Source of the DNA: the human T2T-CHM13v2.0 reference genome, Homo sapiens
Assembly: GCF_009914755.1 (NCBI RefSeq)
Contig: NC_060930.1
DNA: 64,000 nucleotides
Strand: one strand, 5' to 3'
Position 1 is the stretch's first letter. Each line of letters begins with the position of its first letter. Shown piece by piece: positions 46,246 through 64,000 of the stretch. The notes beneath the pieces are model-generated. The model saw only the letters and a list, made by a program, of their open reading frames with translations, had not been told where the DNA came from and made no database searches. A program made the translations under genes and the position numbers.

Positions 46246-47658
46246 CACTGTAGTCCTAGGATGCTGCAAACAACACCTGCACAACACACTTGGGTACCAC
46301 CTACTCGTTCTCAGCAAATCTCTGTTCACAGAGAGCCTTAAAAGAAAAAAAAAAAGTTGTGTGCAGTATCTTACCCTTACAGTTATACAAACATCCATTC
46401 AACTTGCTCAAGAACATTTTATTGGTGTCCTTTGTGTTGGAATATTCTAATCGAGAATTTCCCCCAGTTTCCAGTTGGGGCATTACATGTGTCTTATGAC
46501 ACCCATGAGTTAATACTATCAGAGCTGTTCCCCCAACACCATTTTAGCTTTGTTTCAACTCTTCATTCAATAAATCTTCAATGTTTCTTGCTCCATAATT
46601 ATAATACTTTGAGTTGAGTTTCATTTCCTCATCTTTCCTCTTCCTCAATTTTAGTAGAAGGAAAATTGACAGCAATATCCAATAACAGTGAAATGAGTTT
46701 AAATGCTGTAAGTAATCAGCTTCCTATCACAGAGCTGAGCATTAGTTTCCTTGGAAGGACCCAGGATTTTTACACCTCTAAGAATCCTCAGTTGTACTTT
46801 CCTGGTATTGTGGAGACAGAGAGAAACTGAGTCAGGCCACCTAGTTCCTCATCCTACCTTCATTAACTAGCTTCCCGTTGACCTTGGGAAAGTCACTCAA
46901 CTTCTGCAAAACTAAAAAAAAAGAGTTGATAGGAGACCTCTAAGATTCCTTTTAGTTCGTTTTAATTCTTTAAAAAAAAATAAAAATTAAGATTAAAAGA
47001 AAATATCCGGGAAAGACAAACTTGATCCTCACTGGAGCAGTCTTCCTGGTCTGCCTTTTTGGACGGATAACACCTTGATTTAATTCTCTGCTAGAAATAT
47101 GCATAGCCATGCTCTTTCCATACAGCCTAACAGCTCGTAAAATGCACCTGCCATTAAAATGATTTGCGTGACCCATTTGGCGGCTGCTGAGCTGTTTATG
47201 GTCCTGACTATCTGCTTTTCTTCATCGTGTTGGTTTCTGTTCGTGCGACCGTCTTTCTGAGGTCGCTTTTGTGCCACTGCCTTCTGGTGCTGTCGGGGCC
47301 GCCTCCACACCGTCCTCCGGCCCTCAACAGCCGTCTCTGCGACTGGACACCTGCCTCGCATGCCACACGATCACCTTCACTACAGACAGTGTCTAAAAAC
47401 AAGGATGTGGTCCAGGCACCAGGGGTAGGGGCGTGTCACACACACCGTGTCTTACAAAGAGGAAAAATAAGAGGTTCCCGCAAGATGCTTGCGACTCTGG
47501 TACTTTTCAAAGTAACGCAGCCAGGCAGCGGGCTTTCCCCCGGCCCCTCGCTCTGGATAGGGCTGCCATTTGCATCCTAGCTGTGATTTAGACACCTCCA
47601 ACCTTCTAGTTTTCAGTTACAAGAGTCCCATCTCCGCCCAGGTCCCAGGTCTGCATGA

Positions 47659-48123
<465 letters not shown>

Positions 48124-48424
48124 TAACTGCTGTCTTAACCGGGACTAGACGGATGGATAAATATCAAAATATATCTATCTATATCGATAGAGAGTATAGA
48201 TACAGATATATGGCTATAAGATCAATTTTGAGAGCCTTTGGTGTTTAAAGAGATTGCGAAGGTGGTCACACCCCAGGGCACAGGCAAGGAATAACCGGAT
48301 GAGCAGCATGTTCTGCACAGAGCTAGTGTTGACCGTGATTCTCGAGGGAAGGTTAGAGTCCGTAGGAACTGCCATATATTATTGGCTTCTGAAAAATAGG
48401 CCCTTTGGTCGTTTCTTAAAGCTG

Positions 48425-48585
48425 GGAGAGATCTCAGAACCTATCTGGTTGCGTCCTCTCGATTCATAGATGAGAATCATGAGGCCCAGAGAGATAGGCG
48501 ACTTGTCCGAGGCTGCACAGCTAATTTGGGGGCACAGCGAAGGTAGAATTTAGTTTTCAAGAGTTTCGTTCCAATACTCTTTTCC
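48425..48585 (-). mobile_element. MIR
   Basis: atagatgagaatcatgaggcccagagag...gacttgtccgaggctgcacagcta. Confidence 0.7.
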
Positions 48586-49161
48586 CTAATTCCTCAAAGT
48601 TGCATGCACTGTAATTCTTCTAGAGACATTATGGGGAATTTTTTCCAGAGCGAGACCTAGAGGGATGAGTTGGCTGAGCAGAAATGAGGTCCATGATTTC
48701 TTTGCATCCTTACCACCCTCCAGATTCCACAGACAGCGCTAGCAACCCTCAAGGGTCCACCTAAGAGGGGTTACACCGAAAGATAAGGCTAACATATAAT
48801 TTATCATCAAAATTATGCTTTTAAGAGTGAAAGGAAACCCTATTAATACATTTTCCCAAAGACCCTGGCTGAAGCACAGCAAACTGGGACTTATGGCCAC
48901 CTTTCCGAAGGGTCGTTTTTGGAGCTACTGTTCAAAGAGCACACACTTGGTCTCAGCAGGCACTGTGCAAGACACTATTAAGTGCCAGCTGCAGCACCTA
49001 CTTCATGTGGGGCACATCTCTTGGGCTCTTGGAGTACATTTTGAAACAAGCAAACCAGAATCTAGTGAAGGCTGACTCCACATTTAGTACCTGGTGCCCT
49101 GGGGGAAGCCTGTGCCCAAATGGCCACCCATCTTAACACTATTTTCTGCTTTCCATCCTGA

Positions 49162-49501
<340 letters not shown>

Positions 49502-50399
49502 AGGACCCATTACCTTTTATGGGGTATTTCTGCCTCTCCTGACAGGATCCTAACAAGTTTCTCCTCCACACTGCCACCTATCTTGCCAAGGGAAAAATTT
49601 CTCTTCGTGTGCAAAACCCTTTAGTTTATAATCTATCCTGTCCCTCTAATGTCATCCTCTTCTCTTGTCTTCTGCCAGTGCCTGTCACTCATGGGCTCTT
49701 GGATCTGCTAAACCAAATGACTCTCAGGGCTCAGTTCTTCCAGGCATCTCACACCTCCATGCCTTTACCTGTGCCATTCCCTCTTCCTGAGATGCCCTCC
49801 CTGGGACCCTCTCCTATTGGCCTGGTGAACTCATGATCACTTTGGACTAATACGTAGAAATACTTTTTTCTCCCATTTTTCAAAAATACATTAATGTCAC
49901 TTAAAAGTGCTAATCCATTGTTCTTGTCGCCCTTTTCATACAAAAATCTTTCTTTTATTTTTTATTTATTTTGCTGGCCTGATTACATATAAGACTTCAA
50001 CAGAAAGAAATGGGTTTCTTTTCTCGCCGTTATCATTTGTTCCATTTCATGGTTACTGCTAAAACTAATTTCGTTGCACAGCATAGGAGGGGATGCTAAA
50101 AACCAATCCTCTCCAAGCGTCAAATACAAGATGTCTTCTGGGCCAAGCCATTCCAAGGCCCAGGAGGGTTCCTGGGTTTCTACCTACATTTCTTGGGTAA
50201 GATAATTATCACTTCTCGCTTGGATTTTTGTGCAAGTCTCCTAATTGCTCTCCCTGGATCCTTTTTCTACTTCCTGCTACACCTGACCTCCTCCTCTAAT
50301 CATCCACATGACCTCCAGAAGGATCTTTCTCAAATAAAATCTGATTATCTCAGTCCTCTTTTGAAAAGAAGTCACCAACCCATTAGGTAGGACACATAA

Positions 50400-50975
50400 A
50401 CCCATGGTCAAGAGTATGACAAGCTAGGTTTGATTTCTAGATTTATTATTTATTTGTTGTGTGACCTTTTTCAAGTTATTTAACCTCCCTGTGCCCCAGT
50501 TTTCTTATTTGTAAAATGAGGGCAGTAATAATACACATAGTGGGGCCTCTCTATCTGTGGGTTCCACATTCAGGGATACAAGAAGCATGGCTGGAAAATA
50601 TTCTTTTTAAAAAAAAACTGTACTGAACATGTATAGACTTTTTTTTGTTATTGTGCCTTAAACATACAGTACAACAACTATTTACATAGCATTAACATTG
50701 TTTTAGGTATTTATGAATAATCTACAGATGTTTAAAGTATACAGAAGGATGTGCATAGATTATATGCAAATACTACACCATTTTCTATAAAGGACTTGAA
50801 CATCCATGGGTTTTGGTATCCGAGGGAGGTCCTGGAACCAATCCCCCACTAATGCTGGCGATGACTGTACTTATTTTGTAGAGTTGTTGTGAGGGTTAAA
50901 TAAACTCAGTATAAGTCAAGTGCTCATACCAATGCCTGACGCAGAATAAGTGCATGATGTAAATTATTTCAATTA
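50400..50975 (+). mobile_element. MIR interrupted by a Tigger3-like DNA transposon (~50538-50869)
   Basis: MIR halves flank tatctgtgggttccaca...ggtcctggaaccaatcccc...gactgta. Confidence 0.7.
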
Positions 50976-50994
50976 TTATTATAAGATAAAATCC

Positions 50995-51579
<585 letters not shown>

Positions 51580-51584
51580 CTAAA

Positions 51585-52060
51585 TCCTTACTTAGCATGC
51601 TGTCCTGGCCCATCCTGGAGCTGACCTCTGCTAACTCCTCCAGTCTTGTCTCTCCCCACACTCACACCGTAGACAAACCTTAGGACTTGTTCCCCAGGCC
51701 CATTCTGTCCCTAGCTCCATGCCTTTGCACCTACTGTTTCCTCTCTTTCCAGACTTTTCCTTCTCCCTCTCCGGGGTCACATGATAAATGTGTACCCATT
51801 TTACAAGACACTCGAGGTCACTCCTCCTGAAGCTCTTCATGACCTCCCATCCCCAACCTCTGCCACCATGCTGGCAGGGTTGATCTTATACCTTCTACTA
51901 TCATATTTCAAAGCATTTTATTATATGTGTTTGTTTCTATATTTGCCTTTCATCCTGTGCGGTTACCTCCTTGAGGACAGGCACTGTTTTTTAATCTTTG
52001 TATCTCCAATTCTTACTACACTGCCTGATACTGATCAGGCACTAATGAATCTTTCTTGAG
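51585..52060 (+). mobile_element. L2 3' fragment (further pieces at ~49560-49850, 50180-50385, 55330-55780)
   Basis: gcctttgcacctactgtttcc...ctccttgaggacagg. Confidence 0.65.
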
Positions 52061-53200
52061 CAAATGCATGTCCCTCCTGGTTCCAAGATTCCTTAATGTC
52101 TTCTTGTCTCCTAGTAGCATAACTAGACTAATGACAGTCTGCAAGGAGGAAATTCAATTTTAAAATAACCTGAAAATAGACTGAGAGTCGACCTTCTTTC
52201 CTAGCCCCAAGCACTTGACTTTGGAAATCTGATCTGGGAAAGGTATGATTATTATTAATTAAACACTCTATAACTATTGGAATAATAATAATTTCTTTCA
52301 CAGCTTTCATAAATGCATAAGGCTTAGGGTTCAGTAGTTCAGCAGGATCTTTAAAATGAAATGAACGTGTTTGCTTGCATGAAATATTTATGTTTCTTAG
52401 TAACATGACTTTAAAATATTCTAAATCAAATTTCTTGAGACCTATATACAGACTTTCCCTTCACTTTTACTTTAGTTTATCGTGGTGAGAAGATACAGTA
52501 ATAAAATAATGCATAATAATAAGAAAAGCATGGAAAACTTCTTAGTTGGAGAAATGTTTTTCTTCTATGAGAATAACTCAAAATTCCTTGCCTGTTATAA
52601 AAGAGGAGAGGCTGGATTGGAATAGATGGTCTCCAAGGACCCTGCACAATTTTTTCCTAATACCTGATAAGAAAATTCTAGTTGATTGTCAGTAAAGGGG
52701 AGTAAATTACTTCTTAAAAATCAAATTTTGAAGAAATTCTTCTTATATGTCTATAGACAAATATATTCACAAAATATATCTGCTAATAAATTGACTTAAG
52801 AAGGTTTTAACTCAAGGATGCCTTGACAAATTATTCCCTTCAAGCTGTTTGGTAAATATGTTTCCCAAAAGCTATAGAACAAATGTAGTACATCCATACC
52901 AAAAAACAAATAAACAAAAACACACAACAAACAAACAACACCTGTCCGTAGTTAAAAGCAATACCTTATTTGGAATGCTAATGATTTCTGTGCATAGCTG
53001 TTAGCTTATAATTCACAACTTTTAAATTCTACCTAAAATTGATAAAAAAAATTTATCCCCAAGACACTGAGGTATAAAAAAAGTTCATAAAATGTAGAAA
53101 CACACTGAATCCGTACCCCCGAGGAAAAAATAGAACATTCTACTCACCATTCCATCCCCTCCCCAAGTATCATTACCTATATAATATGCAGGTATACTTC

Positions 53201-53443
53201 TTTTCTTCTTCTTCCTTCTTTCTTCTTTCCTCTTTCTTCTTCTTCTGAGACAGGGTCTCACTCTGTCACCCAAGTTGAAGTGCAGTGGTACAATCACGGC
53301 TTTCTGCAGCCTCAACCTCCCCTGGCTCAAGAGATCCTCTCACCTCAGCCTGCTGAGTAGCTGGGAATACAAGTATGAGCCATCATGCCCGGCTAATTTT
53401 TGATATTTTGTAGAGATGAGTTTGGCCATGTTGCCAAGGCTTA
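53201..53443 (-). mobile_element. 5'-truncated AluJ with CTT-rich tail
   Basis: TSD atgcaggtatacttc / atgtaggtatacttc. Confidence 0.88.
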
Positions 53444-54316
53444 ATGTAGGTATACTTCCTACTGGTGTGAAAATATAAATTCTTCATGTATATGTAGAAT
53501 AAGAACACTGCTATATCCCTGAGAGGCATAGATCTAATTAACTTATAAGTATGTCTGGTCTTTAAACTATGTCTGTTCTCAAGTCTACACTCATTATGAA
53601 ATTGGGTTAAAATTTCCAGAATGTGTTACACATGGGTAAGATATTTGAAAGACATTCTGAGTTTTCAAAAGAGAAGAACCTTAAATTTCTGCTCTGGTTT
53701 ATGTTGTTTCATGATAAAAGACTGTGTTTTGTCTGCTACAATTTAGGTTTTGGTCACCAGCAGAGCTCAAAGGCAGACTGTCTCTAAGTAAGAACAGATG
53801 GGTAGAGATCCTTGCTAAGGCCTGGATTCCAAATCCAAGTAGTTATAGTAGCTTTGATAACTCAATTGTGAGGTCACTGAGGTTGTGGTATTTAAATCTA
53901 TGCCAAGTTGTAATGTACAGAAAGTCTTTGTGAAAAGCCATCGTTTAGACTGAAAATATTCAAATTCGCTCTCAATTCCAACGTGGGCATTTTGCTATTG
54001 TTGTTGTTGTTACTATCGTTAAATCATTAAATTTTTCCATTTGGAAAAAGCCCAAGAGTCTTTCAAGAGTCTCCACTTGGAAATGTTAAATGACGAAACT
54101 GGACCCTGTTTGTAACTCAGTGCTTCTCTAGGATCAAAAAATGATGGATCTGCAAACCAAAATAAACTTGTGAAAATACTTGTCTTACCGTCACTGTAGA
54201 TATTGGCTTTTAGTAGTTTATTTGGAAAGAAGGAAAACAGTGTTCAACATGACTTACGTGATGTGCATCTTTACCTTTAGCATGAACTGTGAGCATCAGA
54301 TAGGGTCTCCTTCCTG

Positions 54317-54595
54317 TTCTTTTTCTTTTTCTTTTTTTTTTTTTTTGAGATGGAGATGGAGTCTTGCTGTGGCCCAGACTGGAGTGCAGTGGTGTAATCT
54401 CGGCTCACTGCAACCTCCGCCTCTCGAGTTCAAGTGATTCTCCTGCCTCAGCTTCCTGAGTAGCTGGGATTACAGGTGCCTACAGCCACACCCAGCTAAT
54501 TTTTGTATTTTTATTGGAGATGGGGTTTTGCCATGTTGGCCAGGCTAGTCTCGAATTCCTGACCTCAGGTGATCTGCCTGCCTTGGCCTCCCAAT
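54317..54595 (-). mobile_element. AluSx-like
   Basis: Dimer lacking about 35 nt of its 5' end. Confidence 0.9.
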
Positions 54596-55872
54596 TTCCT
54601 TTTCTTTTGTTATATATTTTATATACATATAAAACACACACATATATATAACATATGCACATATGTTACATGTAATATGTTGTATGTAAAGACTCCTTTC
54701 TTGGTTCTGCTTACTCTACAGGGACAAGATGGGCAGTAACTGTGTCCATGAAGAAGGACAGATGGACGGAGACAGAGAAAAGCACATCGTTGCTTTTAGG
54801 CTTTCTCTTTGTGCCAATTCCCATTTCATATCCACTGAGTTTTTGATGACTTTCTTGTTTGTTTGGTTGGTTTTTCATTATTTCTCATGTAGCCCTGAGA
54901 CACAGAACTAATTAACCCTCAACACAATGAACTGATATTGGTTTAGCTGGAGTTACCATTTTGCATAAACACAGTGATAAGGAGCTATGTAACTCCCACT
55001 ACAAGCATGCAAGAATCCCTAACTGAATTATGAAAACCTGATCGTGACAGACACCACCATAACCTAGCCATTGTGATCTCTACTTAGCCTCTGAGGAACT
55101 TCAAACGTTAGAGTAATTCCAGAAAGTGGTTAACACATGCTTGTATATATTTTTTAAATTTGTATGACTTTTACTGTGAAAGTACCAAGAGTTTCATGAC
55201 AAGGCCTTATTTTTAATTCATTTTTCTTAAAGAAAATGTTTCCTGCCTAGAGTCATAATTTTAGAGCCAGAGGACCTCCTGTCTTCAAACTGAAGCTCTG
55301 AGAGGTTGCTTCTCACAGTACACTTTCTAATATTTCTGGACCCACTTCTTTCCCCCATTCTTGCTGCCACCATCTTTGCTCATGTTTAATCACTTCTCAC
55401 CTTGACAACTGCAATAATTGCAACTGATCACCATGTTCTGTTCCTTCCGTCCACTCCTGTCACTTGCAGGAACCCAAAAGTGATTTTTCTAGAAAACCCT
55501 CCTGATGATTTTCATTTATTTCCATGGATAAAAATCCTACACAGGATTCCTGTCGCATTCAAAATAGAATCAATCTCCTTTGCTTGTCACAAAATACTTC
55601 CCTTTTTCACTTCAGTGCCTTCCACTGTCTACCCCAATCTGTTTCTGCTACACTGGAAGAATTCATGTTCCTGGACACACAATATGATTCCATCTCCCTG
55701 TCTTGTGTATGCTTTTCCACCTGCCTAGAATGTCCTTTTCTCCTTGTCCACTGGAAGCTCATTTATCAAGAACCAATTCAGGCATTTTTTTCTTCTTTCA
55801 TACCTTTTGCTCCCTCCAACAAGATACAAACTTTTATCACAGTACAGCAAGGCTTTGCTGCAGAGAGTGGGA

Positions 55873-56022
55873 GGTTAGGCATGGCGTCACGTGCCTGTAG
55901 TCCTAGCTACTGGAGAGACCAAGGCAGGAGGATTGCTTGAATCCATGCACTTTGACTGTGCCTGTGAATAGCCCCTGCTCCCCAGCCTGGGCAACATATG
56001 GAGACCCTGTCTCTAAAAAAAA
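55873..56022 (+). mobile_element. FAM (fossil Alu monomer)
   Basis: 7SL-like gcctgtgaatagcc segment typical of FAM; A tail; agagtgg on both flanks. Confidence 0.75.
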
Positions 56023-56120
56023 GAGTGGCAAGTGGAGGGCAGAGTCCTGAGGCCCTTCAAAGACTCGGCAGGAAAGAAAAGTGCCCCTTGGGCCAAAAAG
56101 TCAAATCAATAGACATTAAA

Positions 56121-56423
<303 letters not shown>

Positions 56424-57362
56424 TTAAAAGAATCCTGGGAAGACATTACCGAGTGGAAGATGCACGTGTTCTTTGTGTTCTTATCTCTTCTGGAGACACT
56501 GAGGAGACTTCCTGTGGTATGTGTGTCTTAGATGGAGAAGACCTTGATAGCATCCATTGAAATGAGAAGTGGGAAACTTGCAATGAAAGAGGGCCAGCAC
56601 CTGGAGAGAGAAGACATGGTAGTCAGGGGAGATACGATAAAAGTTTTTCTGAACACATTAGCATTTAAAATTTACTTACTCTAAAAATAAATGACAGTTC
56701 TTTAAATTGAATTAATTCAGCTTTGTGAAAAACTCATTACATTGTTCTTGTTTTGCTATGGAACTGTGAAAAATTTAACACGGACCAGCATTTTGTCGTC
56801 AGTGGTTTACTAAATCACCTAGAGGCCATTTTTATGCTTTGTTTTGACCTATTTACAAGCAATGGAACTGTGGTTTGAAGAAACAGACTCCCTTGAAAGG
56901 AGAAGGTGGGATTATAAATTAGTGCAGTATTTATCGAGGGCCTTCTGGAAACACATATTAATATAAAATGTGCATATCCTTAGACCCAGCATATCCACAT
57001 CCAGGAATGTATTCTCATGGAATGATTGGATGGGTTCACGGGTTCACAGTGATGTATATTCACAGATATTATTCCAACACAGTTTATAATATTGAAAAGT
57101 TAGAAGCACCTACATGTCCTTCAGTAGGACTTGGTTAAATACATTGTGGCATAGTTACATAATGAGCTCCAATGCCATCATCAGATAAGTAGCTACTCCT
57201 TATCACTAAATAGAGCGAGGTAGACCTATGTATGTTGACATAGGTAAGTGTTTCTTATATATTGTTAAGCAGGTTACAGAAATATAATATAATTTAGTAT
57301 GTAATTCTTTTTATTATTTTTAAAACAGCTTTATTAAAATATAATTCACATGATTCACCTAC

Positions 57363-57686
57363 TGTCTTAGTCTGTTTGTGCTGCTACAACAGAATACCAT
57401 GGAAGGGGTAAATTTTAAAATACAGAAATTTCTTTCTCATAGGAAGTCCAAGATCAAGGCAATGGAAGGTTTGATTATCTGGTGAGGGCTGCCCTTCTGT
57501 GTCCTCACATGGCAGAAAAGCAGAGCAAGTTAGCTGAAGCTGTGTGAAGCTTCTGTTTATAAACACCTTAATCCCATTAATGAGGGAGTATCCCGCATGG
57601 CCTAATCAACTCTCAAAGGTCCTACCTGTTAATATTATCACATTGGTAACACCTGAATTTGAAAGGGACACATTCAAATCATAGCA
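57363..57686 (-). mobile_element. MST MaLR solo LTR inside L1
   Basis: tgtcttagtctgtttgtgctgcta...cattcaaatcatagca. Confidence 0.8.
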
Positions 57687-58131
57687 TCCATTTAAAATGT
57701 ACAATTGACAGCCATTACCACAATGTAATTTTAGAACAATTTTGCCCTCTTCAAAGAAATGGCTACCCATTGATAGTCAATCCTCGTTCCCCCACCCTAA
57801 GCAATCAATAAATCTATCTTCTGTTTCTATAAATTTGCCTATTCTCAATATGAATGGCCTTTGTGATTGGCTTTTTTCACTTAGCATAATATTTCCAAGT
57901 ATCATCTATGTTGCAACGTATGTCAGTGTTTAATTTCTTTTTCTTGCCAAATAATATTCCTTTGGATGACTGTACCACATTTTATTTATACATTCATCAT
58001 CTGATGGACACTTGGATTATTTCCACTTTTGGGGTATTATAAATAATAATTGTGAATATTTGTGTGCAGTTTTTTTGCAAGAACAGATGTTTTTATTTTG
58101 CTTGGGTACATACTTAGGGGTGAAATTTCTG

Positions 58132-58430
<299 letters not shown>

Positions 58431-58804
58431 GAAATTTCTGGGTCACATGGTTAACTCTATGTTTAATTTTTGAAGAGCTTTCAAAGTGTTTTCTAAAGTG
58501 CTGCACCATTTCACATTTGCCCAGCAATATATGAGGGTTCCAATTTCTCCACATCCTCACCAACACTTGTTATTGTGTGTCGTTTTCATTATAGTTATCC
58601 TAGGGTATATGAAGTGGTATCTCGCTGTAGTTTTGATTTGCATTCCCCTACTGATTAATAATATTGAACATCTTCTTGTGTGCTTATTGGCCAGTTCCAA
58701 TTTATTTTTAAAGGTTATGTGAGCCAACACATCTGGGCAATGATATACTAAAATGTTAGTAGTGCTTCTGTCTAGAAGATATAATTTCTTATTTTCTACT
58801 GTGT

Positions 58805-59222
58805 TTCTCTATCAATCAACGTTCTACCAGAGGGAAAGAACCAGTAGGATAGACAGATGGATAGATAGGTAGATAGGTAAATTGTAAGGAATTGGCTGAT
58901 ACAGTCATGAAGGCTGGCTAGGAAAATCAAAATCCATAGGATAGGGCAGGCAGTCGAAAAGAACAGACTGGAGTTGAAGCTGCCGTTCACAGGCAAATCT
59001 CCTCTTCCTCAGGAAGACCTCAGTTCTACTCTTGAAGCCTTTCAATTGACTGGATGAGACCTACCCAGATTATCAAGGGTAATCTCCTTTACTTAAAGTC
59101 AATTCATTATTTATATTAACCACATCTACAAACTACATTTACAGTAACACCAAGATTTGTGTTTGACAGAATAACTGGCTACTATAGCCTAGCCCAGCTG
59201 ACACATAAAACTGATCATTGCA
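58805..59222 (-). mobile_element. MLT2 (ERVL) LTR
   Basis: agaaccagtagga, GATA-repeat core, aaggaattggct, gacacataaaact. Confidence 0.78.
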
Positions 59223-59259
59223 ATTCTCTTTTATATTATGTAATTATTTTTTACAATAA

Positions 59260-59415
<156 letters not shown>

Positions 59416-59622
59416 TAATCAGCAAAAACAATATAGCTTCGTTATTATAAATTGTTTTAATACCATAGTACCTCTACTCTCACACTCAGTGCTGAGCTTG
59501 TCTATCTTGGTATCCTCCAGAATGCTCAGCGTAGTAGCTTTTACCTGGTAGATGCCTATTAGATACTATATTAGTTTTCTACTGCTGCTATAGCCAATTC
59601 ACACAAATTTAGTGGCTTCAAA

Positions 59623-60465
<843 letters not shown>

Positions 60466-60515
60466 CTATGGCTTTCTGGTTACTATACAGCCCACCACAG
60501 ATACTAGCTGGCTAA

Positions 60516-60800
<285 letters not shown>

Positions 60801-61977
60801 TAGATCTTCACAAAATACTGTTTCTCTAAATACGTTTACAAGGTTTCTTTGGTGGTCCTTTTATCATTGCTTTCTGGGCCATGAAGTACATTAAATGGCA
60901 GTGTTTTTGTCTCTGAAACATTAGAATTTAGCCTTAGGCCTTCATTATGTGAGTAAATAATGCTAAGCATTAATCTTCTTGTCAATGAAGTAATTAGGAC
61001 CATCTTTAAAAAAAAAAAAAAAAAAAAAAAGAACTAAGAGGCATTATTGGGAATTAAGGCCAGACTTTAGGAATGGGACTTGCACAGTTCAAAGGAATTT
61101 AAACTCCCACGATGATAACATCTTTCCAAGGATAAGTTCTACATTTACAAAAATAAATAAAACCTACAATAAACTGTTTTCCCTGTCTTTTCCCATCCAA
61201 AGTATCAGCAAATATACAACAAAAGAATCTTTCAGAAATGTGAAAGAGGTAGTTATGATTTACTTGTGCTATTTAGAAACTATTTGTGGGTTTTCCTATG
61301 GTGTGTTTTCCCTTGACTTGAGTTACCGCCTGGTGTCCATTTAAGTCATCTTATTTATATTCGGTCAGCCTTTGAAACATATTGAACTTCACAGCCCTCA
61401 AGGAAAAGTACTCTTTTTATTTCAGGGGGGAAGACTTTTGCTCCCCATCACTGTTATTTCTTCTCTAGGTACAAGTTGGGATTGGAAAACAGATGGGTTC
61501 ATACATGTGATTCTATTTCTTGAACTTTCCTGGCACACTCAGGTTATCACAGATTTTCTATTCGCCCTCCCCTTGCTGTAGTCAGCGTGACCTCAGAGAA
61601 TGACTAGGAGGTTGAGGAATGCAGCACAGGAATGGACTCTCCCTCCCTTCTATGTGTTAGGTTGACAAATACATTTTTTTTCTTTCCAATAATTTTGTTG
61701 ATGCAACTTCCCTCTAGACAGCAACATGAATGCTAAATATCAGTGTTGGTCACAGACTGCAGAGCGTCAGGCAGACAGGGACCTGGTGACCCAGAACAGT
61801 CAGTGCTGCCAGCTGTGTGTACAATGTTAAAGGTGGTATGAAGAGGGTGACAGGTAAGCAGAAGGGTGTTGAGAGAGAACAGCTAGGGAGGAAGTCAGCC
61901 ACCAAAGCAGATGTTCCTAAAATGCAGCGTCAAGGAGTCCTCAGGAAGCATCTTACCACAGAGTGAGTAGGACCTAG

Positions 61978-62372
<395 letters not shown>

Positions 62373-62700
62373 CAGAGTATATTTCTTAAGACTATCAAGT
62401 TTCACACTAACATTCCCCAAGTGTTTCCTTGTTTAAAAAACTTTTTATTTTGTATAATTTCAGAGTCAAGAAAAGGTGCAAAAAACAAAGAACACCTATA
62501 TTATTTCACTCAGATTCCCCAAATGTTAACCTTCTGCCACATTGCATTATCATATCCCCCCTTATGCAAGCAGATTTTTTTCTGTTAATAAGTTACAGAC
62601 ATAATGCCACTTCGCTTTCACATACTCCAGTGTGTATTTCCTAAAAACAAGGATACTCTTTGCATAATCACTATACAAGGATCAAAATTGGGAAATTACC

Positions 62701-63006
<306 letters not shown>

Positions 63007-63305
63007 GGAAATTACCTCTGATGTAGTACTATTATCTCATCTATAGATCATATTCAAATTTTGTCAATTGTCTCACAACTGCTCTTTATAAATGAATTTC
63101 TGATTCAGGATCTGTCTAATCCAGGATCACATGTTTAATTTAGTCATCTATGGTCTTTAGTCTTCTTTAATCTGAACAACTCCTCAGCTTTTCTTAGTCT
63201 TTTATGACCTTGCTATATTTGGAAAGCAGAAAACATTTATTTTGCAGAATGTTTATCAATTTGGGTTTGTTTGAGCTTTCCTCCTGATTGGATTTGGGTT
63301 ACGCT

Positions 63306-63653
<348 letters not shown>

Positions 63654-64000
63654 TAATACATCAAATTAGGAGGTACATTATATCTATATTCAACTCATTA
63701 TGTTTATGGGGTTTTTGCTATGCAAAAGTTTATTTTTAATCTAGTAACATTTATAAATGTTTAAAATTCAGTTTGGATTTTGAGTCACAGTTAGAAAGTC
63801 TTTCCCTACACCAAGGTTAAAGATAAATTCACCCGTGTTTTCTTGTATAATTTCACTTTTTACACTTATGCTTATGAAGAGTTTCCAATGACATCAGAAA
63901 ATGCTAACATAAATGTTAGCTAGATAGGAAATGAAACTGTATGTTCAGTATGATGTCAAACTTATAAAAATAAAATTTTGTATATTAACAATGGTAATCT

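Noticed and set aside
55873-56022. Functional 7SL RNA gene
   Set aside because: Lacks the S domain, is diverged and has an A tail; a SINE

Overview
Primate (human-like) genomic DNA, mostly transposon-derived. One protein-coding gene is supported: the 5' part of STMND1 (stathmin domain-containing 1) on the + strand. It has a CpG-island promoter near 47.2-48.1 kb, coding exon 1 (47887-47967, MGCGPSQ...KEEFK), a 12.6-kb intron 1 and exon 2 (60597-60774). The gene is recognised from my recall of the protein, not from a search. The upstream ~47 kb is intergenic and holds a ~12-kb nested stack: a MIR split by an MST LTR, itself split by an L1PB (containing a complete THE1A) and by a near full-length L1PA7-like element (containing an AluSc). 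About 30 Alus, old L1/L2/MIR, MaLR/ERV LTRs and DNA transposons fill the rest. Nearly all ORF-track entries are repeat-derived or chance. I see no convincing new biological system. The best leads are a motile-cilia-type motif cluster at the promoter, reverse-oriented CTCF-like sites, a perfect 41-bp duplication, a tail-less Alu fragment and possible alternative STMND1 RNA products. Repeat subfamily calls are by eye, and boundaries without TSDs are approximate.
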